Shown here in pieces: positions 23,900 to 46,958 of a DNA stretch of 64,000 nt. Every line of letters begins with the position of its first letter. Position 1 is the stretch's first letter. The translations under genes were made by a program, and so were the position numbers. Origin of the DNA: Styela clava (lineage: Eukaryota); the NCBI RefSeq assembly GCF_964204865.1, contig NC_135252.1, forward strand, positions 17,298,001 through 17,362,000, written 5' to 3'. Below the pieces are notes generated by a model. That model saw only the letters and a list, made by a program, of their open reading frames with translations. It had not been told where the DNA came from and made no database searches.

Positions 23900-24439
23900 T
23901 CGTTTTTCAAACTTTATTTCAACTCAACTACAGTTATCTGAAGTAAACGCACAAACAATCGTGCACTAGTGTTAGCACCAGCAACTCCGAATATTACATG
24001 GAAAATAAACATGAGTCATCGTTCAAAACCATGACAAGCAAATTTGAAACAAATCATATGGTGGCGTAAAAAAAAGTTTTAACATAAAATTGGGATCCCT
24101 AGAAAATTCTGACCATATAATCAAGGAATTTTGACTTAAAATTCTCATTCTAATTCTGGAATTAATTTTGAATTCCATGAGGACATTTATAAACATTTTC
24201 ACGCCTATTATTATACTGAATATGTACGGGGGTATAAATAAATTAATTTTTTGGAGTTCAATACGACACGTTCGCGATAGAGTTGAGATTCAATTTTGGC
24301 ATTTTAAATTCTAAAAAAATGTTCTAAAATTCTAAAAAAATTTACGTATGACAAAATTGATCCAACCCAAATGTTACGTGTTTTTTCATCACCTGTATAA
24401 TTTTTCAGTATTTTATGTGACGTCTATCTAACTGAAGCC

Positions 24440-24565
24440 ACAAAAGTTGCCACGGGCGCCAGTGCCACCCATGCTGCATCGCGCCTTACTTTCGGTACGA
24501 TTATTTCCAAAGTGACTGTCACTTCGGTTATTTCTAAGGTTTGGATAGGTTTCATAAACAGGTAC
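24440..24565. promoter_or_regulatory. Candidate bidirectional promoter / non-coding first exons of PSMD2 (-) and MRPL12 (+)
   Basis: Locally GC-richer island. Candidate donors GTAAGG (minus, 24489) and CAG|GTACGG (plus, 24562) face outward toward unpaired acceptors before the PSMD2 ATG (~23938) and the MRPL12 ATG (25509). Dyad AAGTGAC-T-GTCACTT at 24510-24524. Confidence 0.4.
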
Positions 24566-24989
24566 GGTAGGCGCTCGTTTCTCAATCAGTTCTCGAAAGA
24601 AATAAAAACATGTGATAAATTTAATGAGGGATAGGGAAATCTGCTTTATGTAGAGATGCCTCTCGCAGTGTGGACGACTTTCTCATTCGAAAACTTGCGA
24701 TATTCTGCTTTCCTGTTAATTGACTAGCTGGAGTTATGAAAAAAAAATTGTTGACAGTTTTAAGCAAAATGGAATTAGCATCACAATTCTCAAGTATTTT
24801 GAAAATTCTATTGATTTTAATAGGGTACGCAAAGTTCTCTTCCTTCTCTTTTCGTTAATTACTAATCAGTAATAGCTTTCTGCTAGTTCACTATAGATTT
24901 GTTTTGTCAATCTCAAGGCAGTAAATGCAGAAGGAAATTTTCTATTATCTTGATCACTTTTTGCTTTTGGGTAATCTTGTCAATTGCTG

Positions 24990-25406
24990 GGGTCTCGTGC
25001 AGTTTCGTACCTAACCTACTTCTACTAGGCGTAGCATATCAATTTTTTCACCTGTCAATCCTAACCCCCACCTGACTACGCCATCCAAAAATTACGTCAC
25101 TACGACATCACAATCACATCATAGAGCTTGCCAAATATACATATGATCGCCCGAAGTGGCATTGGCGCCGACGATAAAGAGCTGACTGACGTCATCGATC
25201 TCTCTCCTATCGGCAAGAAAACGAGAGAAATAGCTTTTCTATTTCGGGTGCTCGTCTGCGCGTCTTGGATGGCAGTTCATATAGTTTGAAGGGCTATATT
25301 ACGTCACTGTGACGTAATTTTTGGATGGCGTAGTCAGGTGGGGGTTAGGATTGATATGTGAAAAAATTGTTATTCTACGCCCACTAGAAGTATGTACACG
25401 AGACCC
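24990..25406 (+). mobile_element. Long-TIR MITE (ends GGGTCTCG...CGAGACCC) with perfect 8-bp TSD
   Basis: TSD AATTGCTG at 24982-24989 and 25407-25414. Roughly 100-120-bp inverted arms. Internal TGACGTCA (25187-25194) and palindrome ATTACGTCAC-T-GTGACGTAAT (25298-25318). Superfamily uncertain (Merlin- or MULE-like). Confidence 0.9.
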
Positions 25407-25537
25407 AATTGCTGCGGTCTTTAGTTTGATAGTTCTAACATAAAAAAAAATATTAGTAGTCTAATTACTGAATTAATAATATTTTCGTAATAATAACCTA
25501 TCATTTCAGCAAGCAATTGCCATAAATCGTGAACAAT

Positions 25538-26095
25538 ATGTTTGCAATTAGACAAACAAGAATACTTTTTAGAACTGATCGATTGCTGAAATGCAATGGT
25601 ATCGTGCGCAGAGGTAAAGATGCAATGTCTACAGCAGCAGCTCAAGGGATCGAGAAAATCCCACCACCACCGCTAGAAGGAAGTAAAGAATTTCCACCAA
25701 AAATTGTAAAAATAGTCGATGAAATCTCAAATCTTACACTCATAGAAGTATCGGAATTAAACGAACTCTTAAAAATCAAATTGAATATCAGTGATATTCC
25801 AATGATGGTTGGTGGAGGTATTGCTCCCGGTGCCAGTGCTGCTCAAGCGGAAGATGAAGCTCCAGCTTCGAAAGAACAAACTGAGTTCACAGTCAAACTT
25901 ACTGCTTTCAAACCAGATTCAAAAGTTAAATTAATCAAAGCAATTAAACTTTTAATGCCAAACCTCAATCTTGTAAAAGCGAAAGGATTTGTGGAAAGTG
26001 TACCACAAATTGTACGACAAGAAATACCAAAAACAGAAGCTGAGGAATTATCAAAAACATTAACGGAGGCAGGTGGAACTGTTGTTATTGAATGA
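25538..26095 (+). CDS. MRPL12: Mitochondrial ribosomal protein L12 (bL12m), single coding exon, 185 aa
   Basis: Arg-rich transit peptide, PPKIVKIVDEISNLTLIEVSELNELLK, EQTEFTVKL...KVKLIKAIK...NLVKAKGFVESVP...EAGGTV. The first ATG is at 25538 (the ORF track starts at a GTG). Acceptor TTTCAG ends at 25509. Confidence 0.96.
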   Translation: MFAIRQTRILFRTDRLLKCNGIVRRGKDAMSTAAAQGIEKIPPPPLEGSKEFPPKIVKIVDEISNLTLIEVSELNELLKIKLNISDIPMMVGGGIAPGASAAQAEDEAPASKEQTEFTVKLTAFKPDSKVKLIKAIKLLMPNLNLVKAKGFVESVPQIVRQEIPKTEAEELSKTLTEAGGTVVIE

Positions 26096-26756
26096 TCTAT
26101 TTATGAATTTTTTTTAAAAAAGCTTTCAAATCATAAAAAGTGGTTATACTTTAGCAAAGGCTTCCAGGAAACTGTTCAGAGAATTACTATATTTCAATTA
26201 TTGATTTATGTATTTGACATCATTTTAAAGCAGGCAATTGGTCTTTATTACCTTTTTTGATCTTTATTAGAAACTGAACCAAACGTGGCAAGGTCTGAAA
26301 ATTGTCCATAGGCAGAGCTATACAGTCATGCTTTCATTGGAGGTTCAAACTGCTGGGTGAAACCGCGGGCCGAACCTTTAACTAAGCATGCTTAACCGTA
26401 TATTGAATGAGGTTTGCAAAATTTTGAAAATCCTAAATTCAGATTTTTTTTCAAACTGGATTTGAATATAATTTTTCCCTTGACACCATAACCCTGGTGG
26501 TAACTTCGGTCAAACATGGACGATTTGATATCAACAACAAAACTTTAAACCTAGCATAGTGTTTCCCAACCAGAGTCCGCAAAGGCATTTGAATGAGTCC
26601 GCAACGAGCCAGAAATTCACTGCGGGCCGCAAACGTTTTTTTTTGCAAAAGTTAACTATCAGCCAAGTAACGATTTACGTTAAAATTCACATAAAACATA
26701 AAAAGCAAGTTTATCCACATAACATTAATCAAGTCAATTATTACTAGTTACTGAGT

Positions 26757-27900
26757 ATGGCTGGGCATATATTCGAATATTCAACTATTAGAATAGCAAT
26801 TCACTATTCGAAAATTTGGTAACAGGTGACGCGACAGGTCAAAACGATTGGATTTCACAACTCACTTGCGAATTTCTGACGAAAACCCGAGCACACGTAT
26901 AGTGTTACTAGCGAGTTCAAACAACGAAAAATTATTTTTTTTAGTAGGTGTCAATGGTGGCAACCCAGATTTTCTGAATTAAAAAGCGGCAATACAAAAA
27001 AACTGAAAATAAAACGGAGAACACGATAACTTTTGTTTTATGATTGTACGCGACCGATTAAAAACGCTTCTTTAGACATCGCAAATCGCAGAATTTCGGG
27101 TGATACTTTAGTATATGTACCAGGGCATTTTCCCTTAGGCCTCCACATTGGTACGTACAGTACTGGAGAGCCGTAAGTGCTTTAGACATCGCAAATCGCA
27201 GAATTTCGGGTGATACTTTAGTATATGTACCAGGGCATTTTCCCTTAGGCCTCCACATTGGTACGTACAGTACTGGAGAGCCGTAAGTGTTGTACGAACA
27301 GCTCAGATTTGTTGAATTCACAAAAATACGAATAAAAACAAAATATAATCGGGCACATTATCACACATTTTTGTGTCCACGGATTGTTATGGTATTTTCT
27401 GATTAGTATTGCTTTTATTTTGTCAACACAACCGCAGATTAAAATGATCACTATTAAATTAATATACCGGTACTTTAAATATATTTTTTAATAAGTACTA
27501 AATCAAGTTGTACTTTCTGGAAATTTATAGCAGATAGTAGGATTTTTCTAACGACGATAACAAATTTGCATGATCTCTAAGAATATATATCAAAACTAAA
27601 TATAATCGGGCAATATGTTAGCAGATTGCTGTGGCATTTTAAAGAAGTACAAGTGATGCTATCATCTTGTAGTAAGTAGACTCAACCTCTAGTTACCATG
27701 AATAGAAAAACATTTTAAATTCTCGTTGTCATGAATTGAATATAGTGCGACCATTATACACTAAAAAAATCGACTCTTTTTACGGACGCGTAATTGCCGC
27801 GAAATTCCGATTTTCAAATTCGTTCGCTTCTTCACACAGAGTATGGTTGCAATAATTCCACCTCGATTCTAAGTTGCTACTTGCGAGAAAGGTAAGGTGT
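26757..27900 (-). mobile_element. Truncated/degenerate relative of the 35344-37490 hAT element, opposite orientation
   Basis: Starts with a TTCGAATA-rich subterminal region. Segments at ~26980-27030, ~27060-27100 and ~27305-27355 are reverse complements of segments at ~37060-37105, ~36990-37030 and ~36650-36700. The right boundary is approximate. Confidence 0.55.
27070..27289 (+). repeat. Perfect 110-bp tandem duplication
   Basis: 27070-27179 and 27180-27289 read identically (CTTTAGACATCGCAAATCGC...GGAGAGCCGTAAGTG). Confidence 0.93.
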
Positions 27901-28660
27901 GTTTTTCAAGTGGGTTCCCTAAGGAGATCAATCTGGATAAGACATCTGCCGAACCACCAACACTAACGGAGATGTTATATCATTTACCTTAAAAAATGTT
28001 CTACTCTTATTGCAAAACTTACTTGCGAGTCTGTGACCCAAAACCGTGAATCGAGTTGTCTTATATGTACTTCTGAGAACCTGTATTTGTATCACAATTA
28101 ATTACAATAATACGATTTAAGTAATACGAGCGTATTAATTTAATTTAGACACCTTCCCACAAGGACACAGAGTTTTGTTACAAGATACAAATTTACATAA
28201 CTCTACAATATTAAACAACAAATACTTAGGTAAAAGCATTCAGACACAGACTTCATTGCTACACATTTTGAGTCAGATTATAGAATCCACTTTTCATTAC
28301 CTTGATTCTCTATTGGGAGAATTTTCAGTTGATTACAATATCTTTGTCAAGAATGATGCGATATTTGGGTCATGTCAAGTTTGTTCAAGGATTGGTTTAG
28401 TTTCTCCAAGTGGTCTTATTTACACTCAGTTGGGACCCATGGCACGTGGCACAATGATTGCAAGCTCATTATCCATGGAGCCCATTAAAAAAAATACCCA
28501 ATACACCAAACATTTACAAACATAATAGGGAACTTTTGTTGACATAGCTTCTATAATTTCATTAGAAAGAATAAAATCTGAAACTTTTATATTGAATAAA
28601 TATTGCTCTTCGGAAGTTGGATTGATAACGGTACAATTATATTGAAACCACGTTAATTCA

Positions 28661-39904
<11,244 letters not shown>

Positions 39905-39949
39905 TGCGCTATTCTGAATGCCGTACAGTTTAAACAAAACGTGTTGCAC

Positions 39950-40221
39950 CGCGAACTGCTACACTCAAATGCAGATTCGGTCAATCCGCAAGGAAATCCG
40001 CTGTGTTGACAGTCCGTAGGTTTGGCTTTTCGCAGCCAATCAAATAATAGAAACGCGGAACGCCCATTTATCGGATCTGCTTCAACTGGGCCTCCCCCTC
40101 CTTTATGGGCCACAGGAATATTTTTAGGTGGGTTAGGAATCTATTAATAATTTGATTGTAGTAGCAATGAATTATCCTGCTGTTTTTTGCTACAGAGTGG
40201 TAGTTTTTATTCAAAGTAAGT
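39950..40221. promoter_or_regulatory. Candidate bidirectional promoter ALDH4A1 (-) / MED24 (+) and non-coding first exon of MED24
   Basis: GC/CpG-richer stretch with AGCCAATCA (CCAAT box, ~40034) and a GGGCCTCCCCTCC element. Consensus donor GTAAGT at 40216 could pair with acceptor TTTGCAG ending at 41311. Confidence 0.45.
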
Positions 40222-41322
40222 GTCTATTTTGTTTTGTTTAGAACTTTTGTTTTTCTCGTACTTTTTCCTTTTAAAAAAATTTGGTGCAACTTAAATGCGT
40301 AACGAGAGAAAAAAAAACTGGCTCACTGGCTCGGACAGATTTTCTTGGACCAATGCCGGAGGTACTAATTATTTGACATGGAAACTTATAAAGATATTTT
40401 ACAGCCACCAACAAAAAATTGAACCAATTGGCTTGGTTTAAAAATTACATACATTTGAATCATTTGTCGTGTATTCCAATTTTAGAAAAAATGTCAAAAA
40501 TATTATTCCGCATGATGGTGCACAGGATTTTTGTTCCCATCTGTACTTTGGAGGATTATCACAAAATATTACGAGTTATGAATGTTGGTCGTACCGTCCA
40601 GTGGTTTTAATTAAGATGGATTATAGCCTAGTGAGATAAAAAAGTTTTTTCAGTTGTATTAAAAATAAACAATTGCGAGTTAAAAAATATTTATAAAACA
40701 TGTATTTTACTAGAACTAAATAATCAGTGTTTTTCACATTTATCATTAATTGAACGTAATGCAGTCATACTTCTTCTGTGTACTGCAAGATATAAAATAT
40801 GGTTAGAAAGTAATGCAGTTATTTTTGAAAATGTTAATCCAAGTGTAAATAGTGTCATAACAAGAATTAGAAAATCCCTTTTAGCAAGGAGAAATATAGA
40901 ACAACTTAGACATAATCCTAGTTTTATAAAAGAACTAGACATAATTTGTAAGATTCTATGACTAATTGTATAAATTTTTATTTTTCTGCTATAAATTAAA
41001 AACATATAAATTAATGTATATTTACTGATAAACATGGGAAACTTTATCTGGAATCAACAATGGAATAATATGAATTGCTGGATAATACTGGATGATGTTT
41101 ACGAATATATTTGTTTATTATATGTAACTATGTTCTATGATTATTATTTTTTCATCATTTATTTATTTTTACAAAACTGTTATGAATCCACAACGTGGAC
41201 CTTTAAAAAAAAAAAAAAAAAGAGATAAAGAAGTTAGTGTTTTACAAAACTCGAATAGAATAGAAGACTTCAGTTTATACATATGTACTTAATTATTTGA
41301 TTTGTTTGCAGGTCAAAAAATT

Positions 41323-44300
41323 ATGCAGGTGTCAGTTCACACCGTTTTCAAAAATGTAGTTCTTAATGCTTGGAAAGAAAGATGGAGTGAACAGAAATGG
41401 ACTTCAACAATGAGAAAATTACTACAGCCAGGGAATGTTGTTGACATGTTTCATATGGCTGATGTTCTCTTCTCTCAAGCATTCATCGGAAGCACACCTA
41501 ATACAGTTCTTCTTAGTTATTTTAATTACGGACTCAAATCGGGGACTTTGTCTTATGCAGCTATATTGACTGCCATTTCTAAACATGAGGATCTTCAAAA
41601 CACTGCTAGCATGGATTATACTTTGAATATACTCATGAAATATATAGAAAAACTAAACAAGGGACAAATTCTAGAAGACAGCATGGGCCTGTGCAAAGCT
41701 TTGCTTGTGATTTTGCAATGGCTTTTGAGAAATATTGAACAATATTTAAAAAGGGGTTCAGGAACTTCTGGAGTTGAAGCTGAGAATTTGCAAATTCAGA
41801 AAAACTGCTCAACTTTGCATTCCTTAACTACATTACCGAGAACTGCATCTCTTCTGACTATTGCAAGATTTGAGGAGAGCAGTGTTTGGAGCCATATTGA
41901 AACTGATCTCGCTGTAATTAAAAATGCTGCTGTTGGACATAACATGCAAAATGATGTTAATGTATCATGTAATAGTGTATCTCAACTTGCTCGCTGTAAT
42001 ACAAAAACATCTGCAGTATTCTGTTTGCCAAAAATACAAGGAAATGAATCTCATCATGGCATGTTGGTGAATATGTTTATCCTCCTAGAAGGTGAATGGA
42101 ATAAAATGACTGATCCTGATACTTTAATTCAACAATTGCTGTTGCTCTCTCAACTTTGTGATCTCAATGTTTCAGAACTGTGTCTGGACTTGATACGAGC
42201 CTGTATGATGGGATTCTTAGGCAGCATTGATGGAGATAGGAAACACAAATGGTCATCTGTACTTTTTCTTTCACTTCCCCAACATCTTAAAAGACTTAAA
42301 TCTGCTATTGTGTCAGGAAATGGTTCAGATTTTAAAAAGCTGTCTTTAGAAACAGATTTTGAAGATGCGACGGCAAGTGCTTTTTCAGAATTATTGCAAT
42401 ATGACAGTCTTCTAGATGTGTTAGACCAAATTACTGGAAATTGTGATTGCCTAAGTTGGCTCATTGATCGTTGCCTATCTTTCGGCATATTAAAAGAAGA
42501 TGCTGCAACAGAGCTGAAAACACGAAGACTCAGCATGGCCAAAGTTTCATCACAGCATCCAACACACGCAGTAGAACCGAGCAAATTGATAAAATACGAG
42601 GCAACTGCCCGTCAGTTACTTTCAGTCATAGACACTTCTGCTGATTATATTTCTAAACAAGAAAATTTGCTTGCTACATTGAGTCAAATGTCAAGTAACT
42701 TTAATATTATCTTGGCAAGTGGCTCAATCACACACAATGTACAAAAGTTTGCTAAAAAATTAATATTGTTTAATGATGTTGTGAAATCCAGCACTGCCGA
42801 AGGCGGTAAAAGTGCACAAATGAGATGTCTTCTTTTTGATTTTACGCATTTTCTAGTCTGCCAAATTGCTGAACAGTATGGAAAAAACGTTGTTTTAGGA
42901 TCTATGGCAGACATGGATTCTAGTAAATACTTTCTATACAACTGGATATCTGTTTACTGGCCTGATGATAGAGGTCAAATATTGAGAAATAGTAAAAGCG
43001 AACTTGATGTTGATGACTCTCGTATTAAAATGTATCTTGAATTGTTACAAAACAAAAGGGAACGAACTCAAGAACAATCGTGCAGTATAAAAAAATGGCA
43101 TGAGATGTGCACCAATTTGCCAAGAGCATTCATCGAATTGGTAAAGGCATGGCAGTACAAAGTTGTGAGCAAAGCAGATGTGTTGGGTGCCTGTGATGTC
43201 ATATGTAATATATTATCATTGTCTATCAGACTGACTTGTCTTGTTGAAGTAGCCAAATATGCTTCAACCGTTCCAAAACTATTCTGGAAGGAATTGAAAG
43301 AAGTCGTTGAAAAACTTTCAACGCATGGATTTATATCGCCACCCGGTCAAGAAATACATGCAGCAAAACGTACAAACATGTTTAAAGGTATATTGGAAGT
43401 GTTGATGCCAAATTCAAACCTACCTGGTGCACAGGATAACGAGCCTGTGAAATTTCCAGCTGATGTTCTTTCCGATTTAATAACAGAGTGCAGAGAGACA
43501 GGCTGGATAGGAAGAAATATGCTCTGTCGACTTGAAGCTGTTTTGAAGCGGTCCGGTGCCAAATGGTTTTGCCATCAACTTGTTTCACAGTTGTTGTCAC
43601 AAACTCGCAAAGATATTGTTGAACGAACAGCTACTGTTGTGGGTGGAATATTTTTGTTAGATGTTGAGAGTTTTGTCATTTGCTTGTTAAGACACGAAAT
43701 TCCGCACTATTTGACTGATGAAGCTGATCACATGATTCTCTCTGCTCCTGCAGGAAATGTTTTAGCACAGCTTGCTGTTAGCTGTCTTGCTATAGTTCTT
43801 CATAATATATCTTTACAACAAAAAGCTTGCCTTTCACAAAAAACAGCAAAAGAAAAGCTATCGCATCAACTTCTAATGTCTGGAAAAGAGTCATTGGCTT
43901 CTCATCAAGTACATTTCCAAGATGAAGTCGGACCCACTAAGTTGCGAAGACTTTTCAGTTCGACTGCAGAGCATGATTTGGCAGCAAGTGCGTTTTCATC
44001 TATACTTGGCCGCGAAAATTCTGCCACAGCTCAGTCTAAGCATTCTCATGTAAGAGAACCAGTATTGAGAGCACTTAGTTACGCATTAGATATTATGAAT
44101 ATGTCGCTTGCTGAACGACAACCCGGTCCTCATATTGACTTTGCAGTTTACTTCGTATATCTGGCATCACTGTGTGGCGAATTGGTTTCTCAAGCTGTTT
44201 TGCAGCTGATGCCATTAACCATGGTCACAGAACTGGCTGCTATGGCTAGTGATGGCACTTTCAAAATTTCCAAGTTTGATAAAGAATTTGATAGTTTTAA

Positions 44301-44388
44301 TTTTGTGTTATCTGTATCTGACCTTGGCCACACTTTCAGCAGAAAAGTGGCTGCAAAGGCAATTTGTCAAATGGTTCTTCCCGAATAA
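41323..44388 (+). CDS. MED24: Mediator complex subunit 24, single coding exon, 1021 aa
   Basis: N-terminus AWKERWS...ADVLFSQAFIGSTPNTVLLSY...SYAAILTAISK, LLFDFTHFLVCQIAEQYG, KWHEMC, C-terminal RKVAAKAI match the MED24/TRAP100 family. The first ATG is at 41323, after an acceptor at 41311. Confidence 0.93.
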   Translation: MQVSVHTVFKNVVLNAWKERWSEQKWTSTMRKLLQPGNVVDMFHMADVLFSQAFIGSTPNTVLLSYFNYGLKSGTLSYAAILTAISKHEDLQNTASMDYTLNILMKYIEKLNKGQILEDSMGLCKALLVILQWLLRNIEQYLKRGSGTSGVEAENLQIQKNCSTLHSLTTLPRTASLLTIARFEESSVWSHIETDLAVIKNAAVGHNMQNDVNVSCNSVSQLARCNTKTSAVFCLPKIQGNESHHGMLVNMFILLEGEWNKMTDPDTLIQQLLLLSQLCDLNVSELCLDLIRACMMGFLGSIDGDRKHKWSSVLFLSLPQHLKRLKSAIVSGNGSDFKKLSLETDFEDATASAFSELLQYDSLLDVLDQITGNCDCLSWLIDRCLSFGILKEDAATELKTRRLSMAKVSSQHPTHAVEPSKLIKYEATARQLLSVIDTSADYISKQENLLATLSQMSSNFNIILASGSITHNVQKFAKKLILFNDVVKSSTAEGGKSAQMRCLLFDFTHFLVCQIAEQYGKNVVLGSMADMDSSKYFLYNWISVYWPDDRGQILRNSKSELDVDDSRIKMYLELLQNKRERTQEQSCSIKKWHEMCTNLPRAFIELVKAWQYKVVSKADVLGACDVICNILSLSIRLTCLVEVAKYASTVPKLFWKELKEVVEKLSTHGFISPPGQEIHAAKRTNMFKGILEVLMPNSNLPGAQDNEPVKFPADVLSDLITECRETGWIGRNMLCRLEAVLKRSGAKWFCHQLVSQLLSQTRKDIVERTATVVGGIFLLDVESFVICLLRHEIPHYLTDEADHMILSAPAGNVLAQLAVSCLAIVLHNISLQQKACLSQKTAKEKLSHQLLMSGKESLASHQVHFQDEVGPTKLRRLFSSTAEHDLAASAFSSILGRENSATAQSKHSHVREPVLRALSYALDIMNMSLAERQPGPHIDFAVYFVYLASLCGELVSQAVLQLMPLTMVTELAAMASDGTFKISKFDKEFDSFNFVLSVSDLGHTFSRKVAAKAICQMVLPE

Positions 44389-44524
44389 GTCGATCATGTT
44401 GGAACATGCTCTTTAAAATATATATGATATCAAAGAATATAAATGGCTTGTGTTTCGAGAGTATATCTGGTTTCAAGCCCTAAATCTCAGCGCAGTTTAA
44501 AATATTTGACATGTCATCCCAATT

Positions 44525-45095
44525 TGAATAGATTTTACATATTTATCCCGGGGAGAGAAAGCCGGTTGGACCATGACCTCCCATCCGTTTACCAGTCCAT
44601 GTCCGGGATCTTGCATCTAGCATTGTTACTTATCGATCTCTAGATCGGCAAGTATGTTGATAGGTATTTGTCTGTTAGATGCACGCGATATCTCACGAAG
44701 TCGTGGTTGAATCTGCTCCAAATTTTGCATATGCATTTATCATATCTCGGACCAGAAGCCTGTTGATTTTGGATGAATTATGTCGTATAATTAGCGAGTT
44801 ATTAATTAATTAGTGATGAGACACGCGGTGTCACTATAGATTCATGAATCGAAACCGCAGTTTCGATCGATAAGTCTTCGATCTCCGATCAATATTCTTG
44901 TTTGCCAGTTATTGGTTTCAGATGCATGGACTTAATTGTGCAGCAAGCTGTAACCGACCAGCGATTATGTGAACAATCCAGCAACGGCGAGGAGTCCAGT
45001 CTCACTCTCGCATATAATTATTATTATCATAGGGATGCACACTCGTGAGAGGTGCGGTGGCGAGCGTATTACCAACGCTTAGCACGAAGCGCCAA
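44525..45095 (-). mobile_element. SINE family A copy interrupted by a Helentron-like insertion
   Basis: Tail GATTTTACATATTTATCCCG at ~44531 and head GAGGTGCGGTGGCGAGCGTATT...TTAGCACGA at ~45049-45088 match 29650-29925. The middle is occupied by 44626-44902. Confidence 0.7.
44626..44902 (-). mobile_element. Helentron-like non-autonomous element, second copy (reverse)
   Basis: Reverse complement of 30337-30636: TTACTTATCGATC..GATCGGCAAGTATGTTGATAGGTATTTGTCTG...TTATGTCGTATAATTAGCGAGTTATTAATTAATT...GATCGATAAGTC. Confidence 0.75.
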
Positions 45096-46474
45096 TCGAC
45101 TGACTGCACTTTCATTTTGAAGGGGGAAGGCCAGAAATGGTGACGTTTTGTGGTGATCGCAATCGATCAAATGACCGCACGAGCATCCAACGCTAATTTT
45201 CTTCATATCGTTTCAATAGATCACGTGGTAGATTCAACGAGTTTCTTTAATAAACGAAGTTGAGAAGAGTGGCAGATAAATATTTTGACTCAGCCTAACA
45301 TTGTGCTGAGCTATATTTTTCGATGTTAAAGCGTGTATTCTTCCATTAATTTAAAGTTTAAACCAAAGCCAATCTGGCCCAGGAGTATGCATCACAAAAA
45401 TGCACTAATCCTTTTTTTGGACTTTTTTTTCTGAAATAATATCATCAACTGTCTTCGGAAGTGTTTCAGTTTTTTTTCTGTAAGCAAAACCAGTCACGAA
45501 AAAGCTAGGATAGAATACAATAAACTGCCAGTACTTTTTCTCGACAGTAGCTGTAATATTTTAAAGCTAAATTGTGTTTTTGAAGAAGTGTACTCGCTTA
45601 CAAGCTCTAAATTGTTGGGAATATTAGTTATTCGGACAACAAACTCACGAAAACTCTCTCAAAATGAGCATCAAAAATTTTACCGTCGCGGCCTGCAAGT
45701 ATAAAAGTCGATATGCCAATCGAGAGGGTTAGGGGCAGGGTCATTTTGCAATTGATTATATTTTACTAATTGATTCAACTTTATAACAGCCAGTACAAAG
45801 GACGTTTGATCAAATTATGTATTTGGCCAAGTAAGGTCTATACAAACATACACACGCAATGCAACATATAGAATAAATTCACTTCCAATGTCTCAGAACT
45901 ACGAAGCTGTATGCTCTTCAACTTTTTAGTTTAGGGAGGTGTTCTCAAATTTAGCGGTGGTTAATATTTTGCTATTCCCGATAAAACTATTTGTAACCCA
46001 TAAAAACGTGTTATGTATTTGACTGACCATATACGCGCCAGGTTCTAGGTACACTTACAATCAAATACAATGTGTTTGAAATTTCAGGCTGGGTGTTCAG
46101 CCTCTGTAGGGGGTGTAGGGAAATCACTGTAACGAAGTGAGATCCGCCATGAGGTACATGACGCCTGCATTTCGAGTCGGATTGTTTTAGTACAATTTGG
46201 AAGGGCTTTATCGCTATAGATATTTGAAATCACGGCCAAGGCTGTAGGTTAAAATAAATACCGTAACTCCCCGCGTGGTATTTGCACCTGAATATAGTGT
46301 GCAAAACGAGTCACATATACCTCAAACTCACCCATCCGAATTATTTATATCGTTGTGAAACTCTAGCGTCTCTGCCTAGTAGAGCGCCCGAGAACAGCAA
46401 ATTACGTTTTGCATTCATAGTTCCATATTGAGTTTTAAACCTCCGGCCCAGTGACCAAGTCTGTTATCCGTAAG

Positions 46475-46958
46475 TAAGGATGCCAAGTATGAGTACTTAA
46501 AAGTATTGGATTCTTATCCGATTCCTAAATTTTCGAATCCGATTCTCGATTCCTCGACATATCTTACCGAAAACACATACCCACCTAAGCAATACCATAT
46601 GAAATCAAACAAGAGCACGATGTTCAAATTTTGGACTGCCAAGAAGGCCGGAACTAAGTAGTATGGGTATCCAATCTGTCACAAGAGACAAAATCGCACA
46701 CAAAAAAACGAATCCCTCGGAACCCACAGAGATTTTAAAATAAATAAACGTTAAAGCCTTCTATCGAAATCAAAGACTAACATACCAATCGAAATATTAT
46801 ATATAGTGAAGTGAAGTTTGCGTCGTCGCAGCAACTAAACATAGCAGTGAAGCAGTTTATACAAATATGTGAAGAAATTGCCACAAAACTTTACACATTT
46901 ATTTCAATCCAAGTTTTAACCTCGAGAATCGAATCCGGACTCATTTCCGCCATCTCTA
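46475..46958. mobile_element. hAT-like MITE, 484 bp, inserted into an older repeat
   Basis: TAAGGATGCCAAGTATGAGT vs reverse complement of right end TAGAGATGGCGGAAATGAGT. Flanks TCCGTAAG / TCTGTAAG (7/8). The flanking sequence matches an uninterrupted copy at ~60272-60335. Confidence 0.6.

Noticed and set aside
28175-28525. 116-aa ORF on +
   Set aside because: Non-ATG start, antisense to the probable ALDH4A1 3' UTR, no recognisable motif.
41204-41223. Poly(A) run near MED24 as a retrocopy tail
   Set aside because: It lies upstream of the CDS in the presumed 5' intron, not at the 3' end.
42150-43600. Minus-strand ORFs overlapping MED24
   Set aside because: Antisense shadows of a long coding frame.
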